The notes below the pieces were generated by a model. The model ran no database searches. It had not been told where the DNA came from and saw only the letters and a list, made by a program, of their open reading frames with translations. A stretch of 64,000 bases of DNA from Spirochaetaceae bacterium (GTDB taxonomy: Bacteria; Spirochaetota; Spirochaetia; PWKH01). The stretch is taken from assembly GCA_003559765.1 (NCBI GenBank), contig PWKH01000084.1, positions 580-64,579 of the forward strand, given 5' to 3'. A program made the translations under genes and the position numbers. This document shows, in pieces, positions 9,113 through 18,491 of the stretch (position 1 is its first letter; each line of letters opens with the position of its first letter).

Positions 9113-9763
9113 TCATCTCTCTCCTTCAAGAGCATCTAATATCTGCCGCACGGTCATGCGCAGCAGTTCTCCCCCGCAGGGAGCACCGTGATCATCAAAT
9201 ATCAGCGGTATGTGTCTGATCGGCGAAACTGTGCCGCCCAGCGCCTTAAGCCCCCGGGCAAATTCGGCTTCACTGATCTGATTCTCATCATAGATGTGCC
9301 GCAGATACGGCAGCACCTGCTGGTCAGCCAGATCACCGGCATGCCGGCGAAGCAGCTCCCAGAATAATTCTGCATCTCTACCATACGAAAATACCAGGTC
9401 TCCGTCAAATCCTTCAAGTCTCTCCAAAAGCCGCACTGCCTGCATCCGCTGATGCGCTGAACTCCGGTACACCCCATCAGGGGTGATGCCCAGCAGTTCC
9501 CGCAGCGGCTGATTGCTCCCGCCCTCCTCAAAGAAGGAGGCATCAAGCAGCCCGGAAATTCTCCGGTATGGAAGATACAATACCACAGCCTGCCGGGACT
9601 GTCTTCGGTCATCGTACCGGGGAATGAAAATCAGGTGCACATCCGCCCGTTCAGAATGCTCAGGGGAGGGAACGATCACCGCAGCGGTAGAGACCGCAGG
9701 TTCAGTACAGCCTGAGAGGACTACTGCGAACATCAGCACCGCTGCAGCCGCTGTGATCTTCAT
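9113..9763 (-). CDS. Putative lipoprotein, possibly a divergent LytR-CpsA-Psr (LCP)-like domain
   Basis: Start taken at MKITAAAAVLMFAVVLSGC (signal peptide plus lipobox LSGC), giving an ATGA overlap with the yqeK stop. The central GG..PLRELLGITPDGVY stretch weakly resembles LCP domains. The functional call is tentative. Confidence 0.6.
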   Translation of the reverse strand: MKITAAAAVLMFAVVLSGCTEPAVSTAAVIVPSPEHSERADVHLIFIPRYDDRRQSRQAVVLYLPYRRISGLLDASFFEEGGSNQPLRELLGITPDGVYRSSAHQRMQAVRLLERLEGFDGDLVFSYGRDAELFWELLRRHAGDLADQQVLPYLRHIYDENQISEAEFARGLKALGGTVSPIRHIPLIFDDHGAPCGGELLRMTVRQILDALEGER

Positions 9764-10338
9764 TGCGCTTCGCACACCCTCCTCAGCCGATGATAGAGCT
9801 GGAGACTCGCCGGTTCCGGCGAGATGTCCTCATGGGTGAAGTAGGAGAACTGAAGCCGATAGATCTCAAGCATCATAAGCTCCAGGGAATCCAGGCTGAG
9901 CAGTCTGTCCCGCTGCTCCCGGGTAATATGGGTGCGCATCGGCTCGAGAAAATCCGCTACATACAGGGCGTATCCGAGCTGCCCCATATCCGGATGACCG
10001 GTGGTATGCCAGCGCACCGCCCCCCAGGCTCCGGCATGCTCATATCCCAGTTCATAGACCAGCCGGTGAGCGGCAGCAGCCGCATGAAGCAGCATGGGCA
10101 CCCGCTTCTCCAGGGCAGTGGTTTCCAGGGCATGCTCAGCTGCATAGGAGATCAGCTGCTCCCTGTTCCATTCCCGGGAGGTGTCGTGCCACATGGAGGC
10201 CATCCAGGCGGCCTCCTCCTCCAGTGAGAACCGCCGGGCTAAGGCGCAGCAGACCTCCTGAGCGGCAAGGGTGTGGTCCCTTCGGGGTTTCGACAGAGAA
10301 CGTTCCACCTCATCCCTGACTGCGCTAAATATATCCAT
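9760..10338 (-). CDS. yqeK: HD-domain phosphohydrolase YqeK (bis(5'-nucleosyl)-tetraphosphatase family)
   Basis: HD-superfamily residues are present (H...WHD, RWHTTGHP, YVADFLEP) and it sits in the conserved position after nadD. Start moved to MDIFSAVRDEV (Met22 of the ORF track entry). Confidence 0.8.
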   Translation of the reverse strand: MDIFSAVRDEVERSLSKPRRDHTLAAQEVCCALARRFSLEEEAAWMASMWHDTSREWNREQLISYAAEHALETTALEKRVPMLLHAAAAAHRLVYELGYEHAGAWGAVRWHTTGHPDMGQLGYALYVADFLEPMRTHITREQRDRLLSLDSLELMMLEIYRLQFSYFTHEDISPEPASLQLYHRLRRVCEAQ

Positions 10339-10909
10339 AGAGTCCCCGTTCCCGGATGTAGGCTGCCACCGCCGGATTGACATATGCATCAATCGGCTCA
10401 CCCCTTCGGCACTTCTCCCGGATCATCCGGGAGGATGTTTCGATAAGGGGATTATCCAGAAAGCTGTATTCGCATCCCTCGAGGACAGACCGGTCAACAT
10501 CCCTGGAGTCCCTGCGGGCGATAATCAGATGAACCTGGGTCTTCAGTTTTTCCCAGTGCTTCCATGTGGGAAGCCCCGGGACCAGGTCAAACCCGATGAC
10601 CATGCCGATCTTCCCGTTAATTCCCCGGCGCTCCTTGATTTCCTGCACCGTCTCAACGGTATAGGAAACCCCGCCGCGGACGATTTCCGTATCGTCAACG
10701 ACACACCCGGCAATCGGCTCAAAGGCCAGCCGGGACATATGGAGCCGGTCCGAAGGATCGATGGGATGTTCAATTTCCTTGTGGGCAGGCTGACTGACGG
10801 GAATAACGATGACCCGGTTCCACGCTCCGGTGCGCAGCACCTCCCGGACCATCATCTCATGACCGATATGGGGAGGATCGAAGGTTCCTCCGAAACATGC
10901 TGTGCTCAT
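10325..10909 (-). CDS. nadD: Nicotinate-nucleotide adenylyltransferase
   Basis: 194 aa with the N-terminal GGTFDPPHIGH nucleotidyltransferase motif. It has a 4-nt overlap with the obg stop. Confidence 0.92.
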   Translation of the reverse strand: MSTACFGGTFDPPHIGHEMMVREVLRTGAWNRVIVIPVSQPAHKEIEHPIDPSDRLHMSRLAFEPIAGCVVDDTEIVRGGVSYTVETVQEIKERRGINGKIGMVIGFDLVPGLPTWKHWEKLKTQVHLIIARRDSRDVDRSVLEGCEYSFLDNPLIETSSRMIREKCRRGEPIDAYVNPAVAAYIRERGLYGYI

Positions 10910-11889
10910 GATGCCGCCAGCCGCATAAAGGCCTGTCTGACCTGCTGCACCCCTGCCCCGCTGAACACCGACAGCGGAATAATCTCCTTCTGCGGATACA
11001 GCTTTTGAAGCTGCTCAAGACGCTGCGGCGCCTCGGGAAGGTCCATTTTTGAGGCAATCATCACTTCAGGTTTGCGGGCCAGTTCCGGACTGTAGGTGCG
11101 AAGCTCATTGACAAGCTTTTCATAGGCGCTCAGAAAATGCTCATCCCCCATATCGATAAAATACGCTATTCCTGAGGTTCTGGCAATATGTTTGAGAAAG
11201 GTGATTCCCAGGCCTGCTCCCTGTGAAGCTCCTTCAATAATCCCCGGAATATCTGCAAGAGTGATCAGCCGCTCACCGGAAGAAAAGACCCCCAGATGGG
11301 GTATTTTGGTAGTAAAGGGATAGCCGGCAACTTTTGAATGGGCATTGGTTAACAGGTTCAGCAGGGATGACTTCCCCGCGTTGGGAAATCCGACAAATCC
11401 GATGTCGGCAATGATGCGCAGTTCGATGATCAGGTTTCTCTGCACTCCCGGCAGACCGCTCTGGGCGTACCGCGGAGCCTGGCGGGTAGCGGAACGGAAA
11501 TGCCAGTTCCCCTTCCCTCCTTTACCGCCTTCAAGAAATACCCAGTGCTCCTCTTCTCCAGTCAGATCCTTGAGCACCTCTCTGGTCTCTGCATCACGGA
11601 TAATCGTTCCGGGGGGAACATCGATGATGAGATCCTGACCGTCGCTTCCGTGCTTCTTTCTGCCCTTTCCCGGTTTTCCGTTTTCTGCGAAGAATTTGTC
11701 CTGAGATGCGAGGTGTGCAAGAGTTCGGAGATTCCTGCGAACTCTGAATACTACGTCCCCGCCCTTACCGCCGTCTCCGCCGTCAGGTCCGCCCCTGGGA
11801 ACATATTTCTCCCTCCGGAAGGAGACGCAGCCGCTGCCGCCATGTCCGGAGGCAGCGGTAATGGTTGTTTCATCGGTAAATCCAAACAT
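10906..11889 (-). CDS. obg: GTPase Obg/CgtA
   Basis: 327 aa. Glycine-rich Obg fold (GGPDGGDGGKGGDV) followed by G-domain motifs GFPNAGKSS and DIPGIIEGA. Confidence 0.95.
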   Translation of the reverse strand: MFGFTDETTITAASGHGGSGCVSFRREKYVPRGGPDGGDGGKGGDVVFRVRRNLRTLAHLASQDKFFAENGKPGKGRKKHGSDGQDLIIDVPPGTIIRDAETREVLKDLTGEEEHWVFLEGGKGGKGNWHFRSATRQAPRYAQSGLPGVQRNLIIELRIIADIGFVGFPNAGKSSLLNLLTNAHSKVAGYPFTTKIPHLGVFSSGERLITLADIPGIIEGASQGAGLGITFLKHIARTSGIAYFIDMGDEHFLSAYEKLVNELRTYSPELARKPEVMIASKMDLPEAPQRLEQLQKLYPQKEIIPLSVFSGAGVQQVRQAFMRLAAS

Positions 11890-11923
11890 AGATTTGCGGC
11901 GCCCTGCAGAATGCAGGACTTGC

Positions 11924-12184
11924 CTAGGCCTGGGAGGCTGCTTCTATGCGGACGTAGCTGCGGTTCATCCGTTTGAAAAACACGACCTGACCGGTTTCCT
12001 TTGCGAAAAGGGTGTCATCCTTTCCCTTCCCGACAAATTCACCGGGATGGATTTTGGTGCCGCGCTGCCGTACGATAATTTCCCCGGCCTTGACTTTCTG
12101 TCCGCCGGACCGTTTCACCCCGAGCCGCTGGGAATGGGAATCTCTTCCGTTCTTTGAGCTTCCGCCGCCTTTTTTATGTGCCAT
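11924..12184 (-). CDS. rpmA: 50S ribosomal protein L27
   Basis: 86 aa: [24 protein letters not shown]...[13 protein letters not shown]. Confidence 0.97.
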   Translation of the reverse strand: MAHKKGGGSSKNGRDSHSQRLGVKRSGGQKVKAGEIIVRQRGTKIHPGEFVGKGKDDTLFAKETGQVVFFKRMNRSYVRIEAASQA

Positions 12185-12200
12185 AGTATGCTCCCTCCAC

Positions 12201-12512
12201 CTATGCGGTGATCTTGTTTACTTTGATGAGTGAATACTCCTGCCGGTGACCCTGTTTTCTCCGGTATCCCTTTCTCCGCTTGAATTTGAAGATGACGATC
12301 TTGTCGCCCTTGACCTGGTCCTCAAGCGTTGCAGATACCTTGGCGCCCTTCACATAGGGACTGCCGATCTTGGTGGTCTCGCCGTCGCGAACCATCAGAA
12401 CGGAATCAAACTCAAGTGTTTCACCGGATTCCTTATCGATCTTATCGACCTTCAGGACAGAACCTTCTTCTGCCTTATATTGTTTTCCAAGAATCTCAAT
12501 CAGTACGTACAT
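12201..12512 (-). CDS. rplU: 50S ribosomal protein L21
   Basis: 103 aa: [25 protein letters not shown] ... [11 protein letters not shown]. It lies immediately upstream of rpmA. Confidence 0.97.
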   Translation of the reverse strand: MYVLIEILGKQYKAEEGSVLKVDKIDKESGETLEFDSVLMVRDGETTKIGSPYVKGAKVSATLEDQVKGDKIVIFKFKRRKGYRRKQGHRQEYSLIKVNKITA

Positions 12513-12585
12513 GAACTACTTCCTTATCTTCTCATAGGATATGCAGGATATCTTATATCATAATGGGAGTATGTGGTCAATAGAT

Positions 12586-14340
12586 TCACATTGACTCAAC
12601 AAAGGGAATCGCCAGCAGCTGGAATCCGTTTTTCAGCACCTGCAGCATGCCCCGGCACAGTTCCACCCGGGCGACGACCAGTTCTTTCGGTTCCGCCCGC
12701 AGGACCGGATGCTCATGGTAGAACCGGCTGAAGGTCTTCGTAAGAGCATAAAGATACGATGTAATTACCGCAGGGTTCATCTGCGAACCCGCTTCTTCCA
12801 CCGCTGCGGGAAATTCGGAGAGCAGCTTGATCAGCTCACGCTCCTCGGTACTGTCCATCAGAGTCCAGTTTGGATCCACTTCCTCATACTCCGCCCTGAC
12901 TGCCTCAAATTTCCCCAGCATGCTCGAAAGCCTCGCCCCCATGTACTGGAGATACGGGCCGGTGTTGCCGTTGAATTCAATGGACTTCGCCGGATCAAAG
13001 ACCATATCCTTTGACGGGCTGACCTGCAGCAGATAGTAATTCAGAGCTGCCAGGGAGACCCGCTCAGCGGTGAGGTCAAGGTCGTCCACCTCCTGTTCCC
13101 GGCCTTTGCTGACTATCTCCTGCTTCGCCATGCGCTGCAGTTCCTCCAGCAGATCGTCCGCATCGACCACCGTACCTTCCCGGGACTTCATCCTCCCGTC
13201 GGGAAGGTTCACCATCCCGTAGGAGAGATGATACATATGCTCCGACCAATCATAGCCGAGCTTCTTCAGCACATGGAACAGCACCGCAAAGTGGTACTGC
13301 TGCTCTGAGCCCACCACATAGACCATGACGTTAAAGGGCCAGTCACCATGTCTGAGAATGGCCGTGCCGATGTCCTGGGTAAGATAGAGACTGGTGCCGT
13401 CCTTCCTCAGGAGCACCTTGCGGTCCAGACCGATTTCCGAAAGATCAGCCCAGACCGTGCCTTCCTCATCCCGGTAGAAGGCTCCGTGGTCCAGCCCCGC
13501 AAGGATCTCCTCCCTTCCCCGTGAGTAGGTTCTGCTTTCATAATAGACATCGTCGAAGCTGATGCCGGTCCTCCGGTAGGTCTCCTCGATTCCTGAGACC
13601 GCCCAGCGGTTCATGGTCTTCCACAAATCAATGACCGCTTCATCTCCCTGCTCCCACTTCTGCAGCATCTGCTGGGCCCGGGCTTCCGCATCGGGCTGCT
13701 CTTTTGCCCACTGGTTGAATTTCACATAGTAGCTGCCGACGAAGTGATCGCTTTTCACCCCCGTGCTTTCGGGAGTCTCTCCGCTGCCGAACTCCTGATA
13801 CGCCAGCATGGACTTGCAGATATGGATCCCCCGGTCGTTGATCAGATTGACCTTTTTCACCTCAGCCCCGTTGGCCCGGAATATCCGGGCGACGCTCTCC
13901 CCGAGGGAATCATTGCGCAGATGCCCGAGATGGAGAGGCTTGTTGGTGTTGGGGCAGGAGAACTCAACCATCGCACGGCGACCGGCCATCCGGCTGCCGC
14001 TTCCGTAGCCGGCTCCTTCCCGCCGGATCCGCTCAAAAAGATCTCCGGCGGTATTCCCCAGATCAATCTTGATGTTCACATACCCTCCTGCAGCAGCTGC
14101 CTGTCCGTCGGGAGCTTCCATCAGGGAAACTGCCTCCTGGGCGAGGGCATTCGGGGAGGTTCGGAACACCTTGGCGAACCGGAACAGCGGTACAGCGATG
14201 TCGCCGAGCTCCGGTTTCGGCGGAGTTTCGGTAACCAGGGAGATATCTGCTAGCTCTGCCGGATCAATGTCCCGATTCCGGGCCATTGCTTCCAAAGCAG
14301 TTTTAATCCGCTGTGTCCATTGACGTTTCTGTGCTTCCAT
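12586..14340 (-). CDS. argS: Arginine--tRNA ligase
   Basis: 584 aa. Class I HIGH-type motif NTNKPLHLGHLRN and a C-terminal DALR-like anticodon-binding region ending in M. Confidence 0.95.
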   Translation of the reverse strand: MEAQKRQWTQRIKTALEAMARNRDIDPAELADISLVTETPPKPELGDIAVPLFRFAKVFRTSPNALAQEAVSLMEAPDGQAAAAGGYVNIKIDLGNTAGDLFERIRREGAGYGSGSRMAGRRAMVEFSCPNTNKPLHLGHLRNDSLGESVARIFRANGAEVKKVNLINDRGIHICKSMLAYQEFGSGETPESTGVKSDHFVGSYYVKFNQWAKEQPDAEARAQQMLQKWEQGDEAVIDLWKTMNRWAVSGIEETYRRTGISFDDVYYESRTYSRGREEILAGLDHGAFYRDEEGTVWADLSEIGLDRKVLLRKDGTSLYLTQDIGTAILRHGDWPFNVMVYVVGSEQQYHFAVLFHVLKKLGYDWSEHMYHLSYGMVNLPDGRMKSREGTVVDADDLLEELQRMAKQEIVSKGREQEVDDLDLTAERVSLAALNYYLLQVSPSKDMVFDPAKSIEFNGNTGPYLQYMGARLSSMLGKFEAVRAEYEEVDPNWTLMDSTEERELIKLLSEFPAAVEEAGSQMNPAVITSYLYALTKTFSRFYHEHPVLRAEPKELVVARVELCRGMLQVLKNGFQLLAIPFVESM

Positions 14341-14438
14341 GGGAGTGCTGCCTCTGCTTGGTAATTTTGTACTGCGAATATAGCAGGATGCCGGCGTCTG
14401 TGCAACGCCTGCACCTCTTTGACGGATGCATCCTGCAG

Positions 14439-15764
14439 TTAATCCGCCGGCGTTCCGACGGCCGTTCCCGAGGAGGTGTCGAGCCGCAGGGTGCAGCGCT
14501 GTCCCCGCTCCAGCCGGAGATGCTTCTCTTCCACCACTCCGTGGAGGTAGTTTTCCGTCAGCACCCGCCAGAAGGGGCGCTCATCCATGGTGATGCGCTC
14601 TTCTGCCACCGCCGTCACCACCCGGTGATGCTGCCGCTGCACATAGTCCTGATGCTGCCGCCGGGAGAGCTCACGAAGCTCCCGGGCACGCTGATCCCGG
14701 ATGTATTCACTCACCCGGTCCTTCGCTCCGTAGAGGGCCGTTCCCGGCCGCGGGGAATAGGGGAATACATGGAGCTGGGAGAGCCCGCAGGCTGCGGCCA
14801 GGTCGCAGCTGGCCTTGAAGTCAGCCTCATCCTCTCCGGGCAGACCGGTGATCATATCCGCCGCGATAAAGGGATCCTCCTTCACCTCCCGGAGCTTCCG
14901 CACTGCTTCGGTCACATCCTCCGGCCGGTAGGATCGGCCGATGCGTGCAATAATCCGGGGGGAGCCGCTTTGTATCGGCAGATGAATATGGGGCTGGACA
15001 ATCGGCAGTCCGAAGGCCTCAATCATCTCATCAGTGAGCATATCGGGCTCAACCGAGGAAAGCCTGATCCGCGGTTCAGAAAGCCTTCGGCTGAGCAGCT
15101 GCAGCAGTTCCGCAAGTCCTGTCCGGTCATCCCGATATGCCGATATATTGACCCCCGTCAGCACAATTTCCCGGTAGCCCCTCCGCTCGAGATCAAGACA
15201 CCGGGAGAGCACTTCATCAGCAGGAAGGCTTACCGCCTTCCCCCGGGCAATCCGCACCCGGCAGTAGGTGCACTCGTTGTCGCAGCCGTCCTCAATCTTC
15301 AGAAAGGCCCGGGCATGGTAGGTGAATACATCGGGGCGGTAGTCAAAGGGAGATCCGCCGGTATCCCCTGAGTGGAAAAACCGGCGAATCCCCTCAGCGG
15401 CTGAAAGGCCCTCCTCCAGGGAATGATTCAGGGATGCAGGCAGTCTCATCAGGGAGGCCTTCTGATCCATGGGCAGGATCAGCAGTCTGGATGCGCTCTT
15501 CCTCAGCAGCTCCCCGTCGAGCTCGGCGTAGCAGCCGGTGATCAGCAGCAGCGGCTCATGGGGCTGTGATGCGAATTTCCGGATCATTCTCCGGGCTTTC
15601 TGCTCCGCCTTGCTGGTGACCGTGCAGGTGTTTACGATATAGATGTCAGCCTCCTGGCTGGGGGCAACCGGCTGAAAGCCCTCCCGGCGGAATGCGTCGG
15701 CGATTCCTTCGCTTTCCACCTGATTGAGCTTGCAGCCCAGAGTATACAGGGCTACGCGCATCAT
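14439..15764 (-). CDS. Radical-SAM tRNA methylthiotransferase, MtaB/MiaB family
   Basis: 441 aa. N-terminal UPF0004 cysteine pattern (YTLGCKLNQ ... NTCTVT) and radical SAM cluster motif CDNECTYCRV. Confidence 0.85.
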   Translation of the reverse strand: MMRVALYTLGCKLNQVESEGIADAFRREGFQPVAPSQEADIYIVNTCTVTSKAEQKARRMIRKFASQPHEPLLLITGCYAELDGELLRKSASRLLILPMDQKASLMRLPASLNHSLEEGLSAAEGIRRFFHSGDTGGSPFDYRPDVFTYHARAFLKIEDGCDNECTYCRVRIARGKAVSLPADEVLSRCLDLERRGYREIVLTGVNISAYRDDRTGLAELLQLLSRRLSEPRIRLSSVEPDMLTDEMIEAFGLPIVQPHIHLPIQSGSPRIIARIGRSYRPEDVTEAVRKLREVKEDPFIAADMITGLPGEDEADFKASCDLAAACGLSQLHVFPYSPRPGTALYGAKDRVSEYIRDQRARELRELSRRQHQDYVQRQHHRVVTAVAEERITMDERPFWRVLTENYLHGVVEEKHLRLERGQRCTLRLDTSSGTAVGTPAD

Positions 15765-16519
15765 GTTTCCGGATCCGCCTCCTCCAGGGCATGCATAACC
15801 CGGTCAAGAGACTCCTTCAGCCGGAGGCGCATGTCGTGGGTATAGGGGTTGTAGTGCTGCAGATCCAGAAACAGCTGATAGGGGTCATTGCAGGTCTGCT
15901 CCACCACTTCCAGGATCTTCTTGTACCCCATGGTGGCAATTGAGCTGGGCTGCAGCTGCAGGTCCCCCAGCACCCGGCCGATGACATGGGTGATTCCCTG
16001 GGTGACCGCCGCCTCCCGGTCATGCTCCTCAGGGCTCATTTCCAGCACCTCCAGTCCGATGGAGTCGAAGTAGCCCTTCCAGTACTCCCGGGTTTCCCCG
16101 CTGCAGCGGACCGGCGAGAACACGAAGGGCAGACCCTGCGGACCGTTTCTCGCAGAATCGGGGCCGAACATCGGATGGGTAGCCACAATTTGCGTCTCAG
16201 CAGGCAGCAGCTGCTCCATGAGCCGGGCGGGCTCGCATTTCACCGAGCAGGTGTCAAAGACGACGGTATCCCTGCCGATGAATCCGGCACTTTCCTCCAG
16301 CACCGATGCAAAAGCGGAAATCGAGACACAGAAGAACACTGCATCGCAGGAGAGCACTTCCTCCTTCGACCCCAGGGTGATGCCGGGAAACTCCCTCGAT
16401 GTTCTGTTATATCCGATTACCTGAAAATCCTCGGCCAGCAGTTCTGCCCAGAACTGTCCGAATCTTCCCAGACCGTATACGCCAATTTTCTTTATATTCA
16501 TATCTTCTCTGTTTATCAA
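15761..16519 (-). CDS. tyrA: Prephenate dehydrogenase
   Basis: 252 aa. Rossmann motif IGVYGLGRFG and HPMFGPDS are present. The start may be Met7 (16501). Confidence 0.8.
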   Translation of the reverse strand: MINREDMNIKKIGVYGLGRFGQFWAELLAEDFQVIGYNRTSREFPGITLGSKEEVLSCDAVFFCVSISAFASVLEESAGFIGRDTVVFDTCSVKCEPARLMEQLLPAETQIVATHPMFGPDSARNGPQGLPFVFSPVRCSGETREYWKGYFDSIGLEVLEMSPEEHDREAAVTQGITHVIGRVLGDLQLQPSSIATMGYKKILEVVEQTCNDPYQLFLDLQHYNPYTHDMRLRLKESLDRVMHALEEADPET

Positions 16520-16577
16520 AAAATGGAGGTATGGTACAGTCCTAAAGAGAACATCTCAGACCTGAGAAAAAAATGGA

Positions 16578-17582
16578 GTGAACTGTATGATCTTTTCAGA
16601 AAAGATGAAAGCGAAAGCAAAACGTTTGGAAAAGCGCCTCGTACTTCCCGAGGGCACCGAAGAGCGCACTATCCAGGCGGCCAGGATGATCACCGACCAG
16701 AAGCTGGCAGGAGAAACGGTGCTCCTCGGCCCGACTGACCGCATCAAGGCCGCGGCACAGCAGAGTTCAACCGCTCTGGAAGGCATAACCCTGATCGATC
16801 CGTCGGACTCATCCAGCCGGGATGCCTTTGCCAAGGAATACTATGAGCTTCGCAAGCATAAGGGCATGACCATGGCTCAAGCTGCCGAGCAGATTCTTGA
16901 TCCGCTGAAATGGGGAGCCATGATGGTCCGCCTCGGTGAATCAGACGCCATGGTAGCCGGAGCTGAAAATTCAACCGGCACCGTTCTGGTGGCGGCGTTC
17001 ACCATCATCAAGACCAGGCCCGGAACAAAATACGCCTCCTCCTGCTTTGTGATGATCACCGACAAGCACGAATACGGCACCGAAGGTCAGTTCATTTTTG
17101 CCGACTGCGCCACCATCCCCGACCCTACTGCGGAGCAGCTGGCCGAAATCGCCATTGCCTCCTCCGATTCCTGCAGGGTATATCTTGAAGCGGAACCGGT
17201 AACCGCCCTGCTTTCCTTCTCCACCAAGGGATCGGCGAGTCATCCCAACGTAGACAAAGTGACCGAAGCACTGAAGATCGCTCAGCAGAAGCGCAGCGAC
17301 CTGACTATCGACGGAGAACTGCAGCTTGATGCGGCTATTGTGGAAACGGTCGGAGCGAAGAAGGCGCCGGGGTCTCCTGCGGCAGGAAAAGCCAATGTCC
17401 TGATTTTTCCGGACCTGCAGTCGGGGAATATCGGCTACAAGCTGGTGCAGCGGCTCGCCGGAGCGGAAGCCTACGGACCTGTCCTGCAGGGCTTTGCGAA
17501 ACCGGTGAGCGACCTCTCCAGGGGATGCAGCATCGAGGACATCGTCATTACCTCGGCAATGACCCTCGCCCAGGCTGAATAA
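16578..17582 (+). CDS. pta: Phosphate acetyltransferase
   Basis: 334 aa. LVLPEGTEERTIQAA at the N-terminus and the DLSRG motif near the C-terminus match the short Pta form. Confidence 0.9.
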   Translation: MNCMIFSEKMKAKAKRLEKRLVLPEGTEERTIQAARMITDQKLAGETVLLGPTDRIKAAAQQSSTALEGITLIDPSDSSSRDAFAKEYYELRKHKGMTMAQAAEQILDPLKWGAMMVRLGESDAMVAGAENSTGTVLVAAFTIIKTRPGTKYASSCFVMITDKHEYGTEGQFIFADCATIPDPTAEQLAEIAIASSDSCRVYLEAEPVTALLSFSTKGSASHPNVDKVTEALKIAQQKRSDLTIDGELQLDAAIVETVGAKKAPGSPAAGKANVLIFPDLQSGNIGYKLVQRLAGAEAYGPVLQGFAKPVSDLSRGCSIEDIVITSAMTLAQAE

Positions 17583-17585
17583 TCA

Positions 17586-18491
17586 TCAGGAGGGAATTCT
17601 GAGGGCAATCCTCCGGGTTACGTCAGTCAGCACATCCAGCGGGAGGGTTTCGGCCCTCCTGCTCTCTTCCACCCCCGCAGCGGCAAAGGCTTCCAGCAGC
17701 TCCTCCAGGGGAACCTGCTGCTTCAGCGCTCCCTGCTTCAGATTGTTTCGGATCGTCTTCCTTCGGGAAGAGAACAGCTCCCGGATCAGCAGCAGAAACA
17801 GCCGCCGCTGGCGCCCGTCCAGGGCGGATTCAGCCTTTCTGTCAAAACGGATCACCGATGAGGTCACCTCCGGCCTGGGATAAAAGCTCTCAGGTCTGAT
17901 ATCATCAAGAAGGGTCATTTCATAATCAAGCTGCCCCAGCAGCGAGAAGGAGGAGAAAAGCTTCGTTCCGGGATCTGCGCACAGCCGCAGGGCAACCTCG
18001 CGCTGCAGAGTAAAGACCATCCGCCGGGGCAGACACTCCTGTTCGATGAGCCGGGCGATGAAGATCGATCCCACGTTGTAGGGCAGATTCCCGAAGACCC
18101 GATGGGGGGTCTCCTCGCGCCTGATCCAGGTTTTCAGTACATCCCCCTCCACCAGCTCCACAGAGCCGTCGGAGGGAAAAATATCCCGCAGCAAAGTGCA
18201 GAACCCGCGGTCAACCTCGAAGAGCACCAGCTTCGCACCGCTGTTCCCGGCTTCATGGGTCATCGCCCCGATTCCGGGTCCCACTTCCCATACCGTCTGC
18301 CCCTTCTCCAGAGCAAGCTCCCGGATAATCCGCTGCCGGGCGGCAGGATCAATGAGAAAATTCTGTCCGAACTGTTTATTCATCCTCAGCCCCCGCATCT
18401 CCAGCAGATCCCTGATAAGAGACGGGGAATTGTACAGGCGGTCGAGATAATCCTTGGATACGTCGTACATGGGCACTCCTGCAGCCACCAT
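17586..18491 (-). CDS. rsmA: 16S rRNA (adenine1518/1519-N6)-dimethyltransferase
   Basis: 301 aa. KQFGQNFL motif and SAM-binding VWEVGPGIGAMT are present. The N-terminal extension overlaps the comEC 3' end. Confidence 0.9.
   Translation of the reverse strand: MVAAGVPMYDVSKDYLDRLYNSPSLIRDLLEMRGLRMNKQFGQNFLIDPAARQRIIRELALEKGQTVWEVGPGIGAMTHEAGNSGAKLVLFEVDRGFCTLLRDIFPSDGSVELVEGDVLKTWIRREETPHRVFGNLPYNVGSIFIARLIEQECLPRRMVFTLQREVALRLCADPGTKLFSSFSLLGQLDYEMTLLDDIRPESFYPRPEVTSSVIRFDRKAESALDGRQRRLFLLLIRELFSSRRKTIRNNLKQGALKQQVPLEELLEAFAAAGVEESRRAETLPLDVLTDVTRRIALRIPS

Noticed and set aside
12513-12585. GGATAT-containing repeats (GGATATGCAGGATATC) in the rplU leader as a possible L21-operon regulatory RNA.
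   Set aside because: The sequence is too short and I cannot match it to a known ribosomal-protein leader. It is noted only as a possible promoter or leader region.
14341-14438. Possible T-box or attenuator leader upstream of argS.
   Set aside because: Only 98 nt are available, far shorter than a T-box. The nested inverted repeats (GCAGGATGC/GCATCCTGC) more likely mark the end of the upstream MtaB-family gene transcript.
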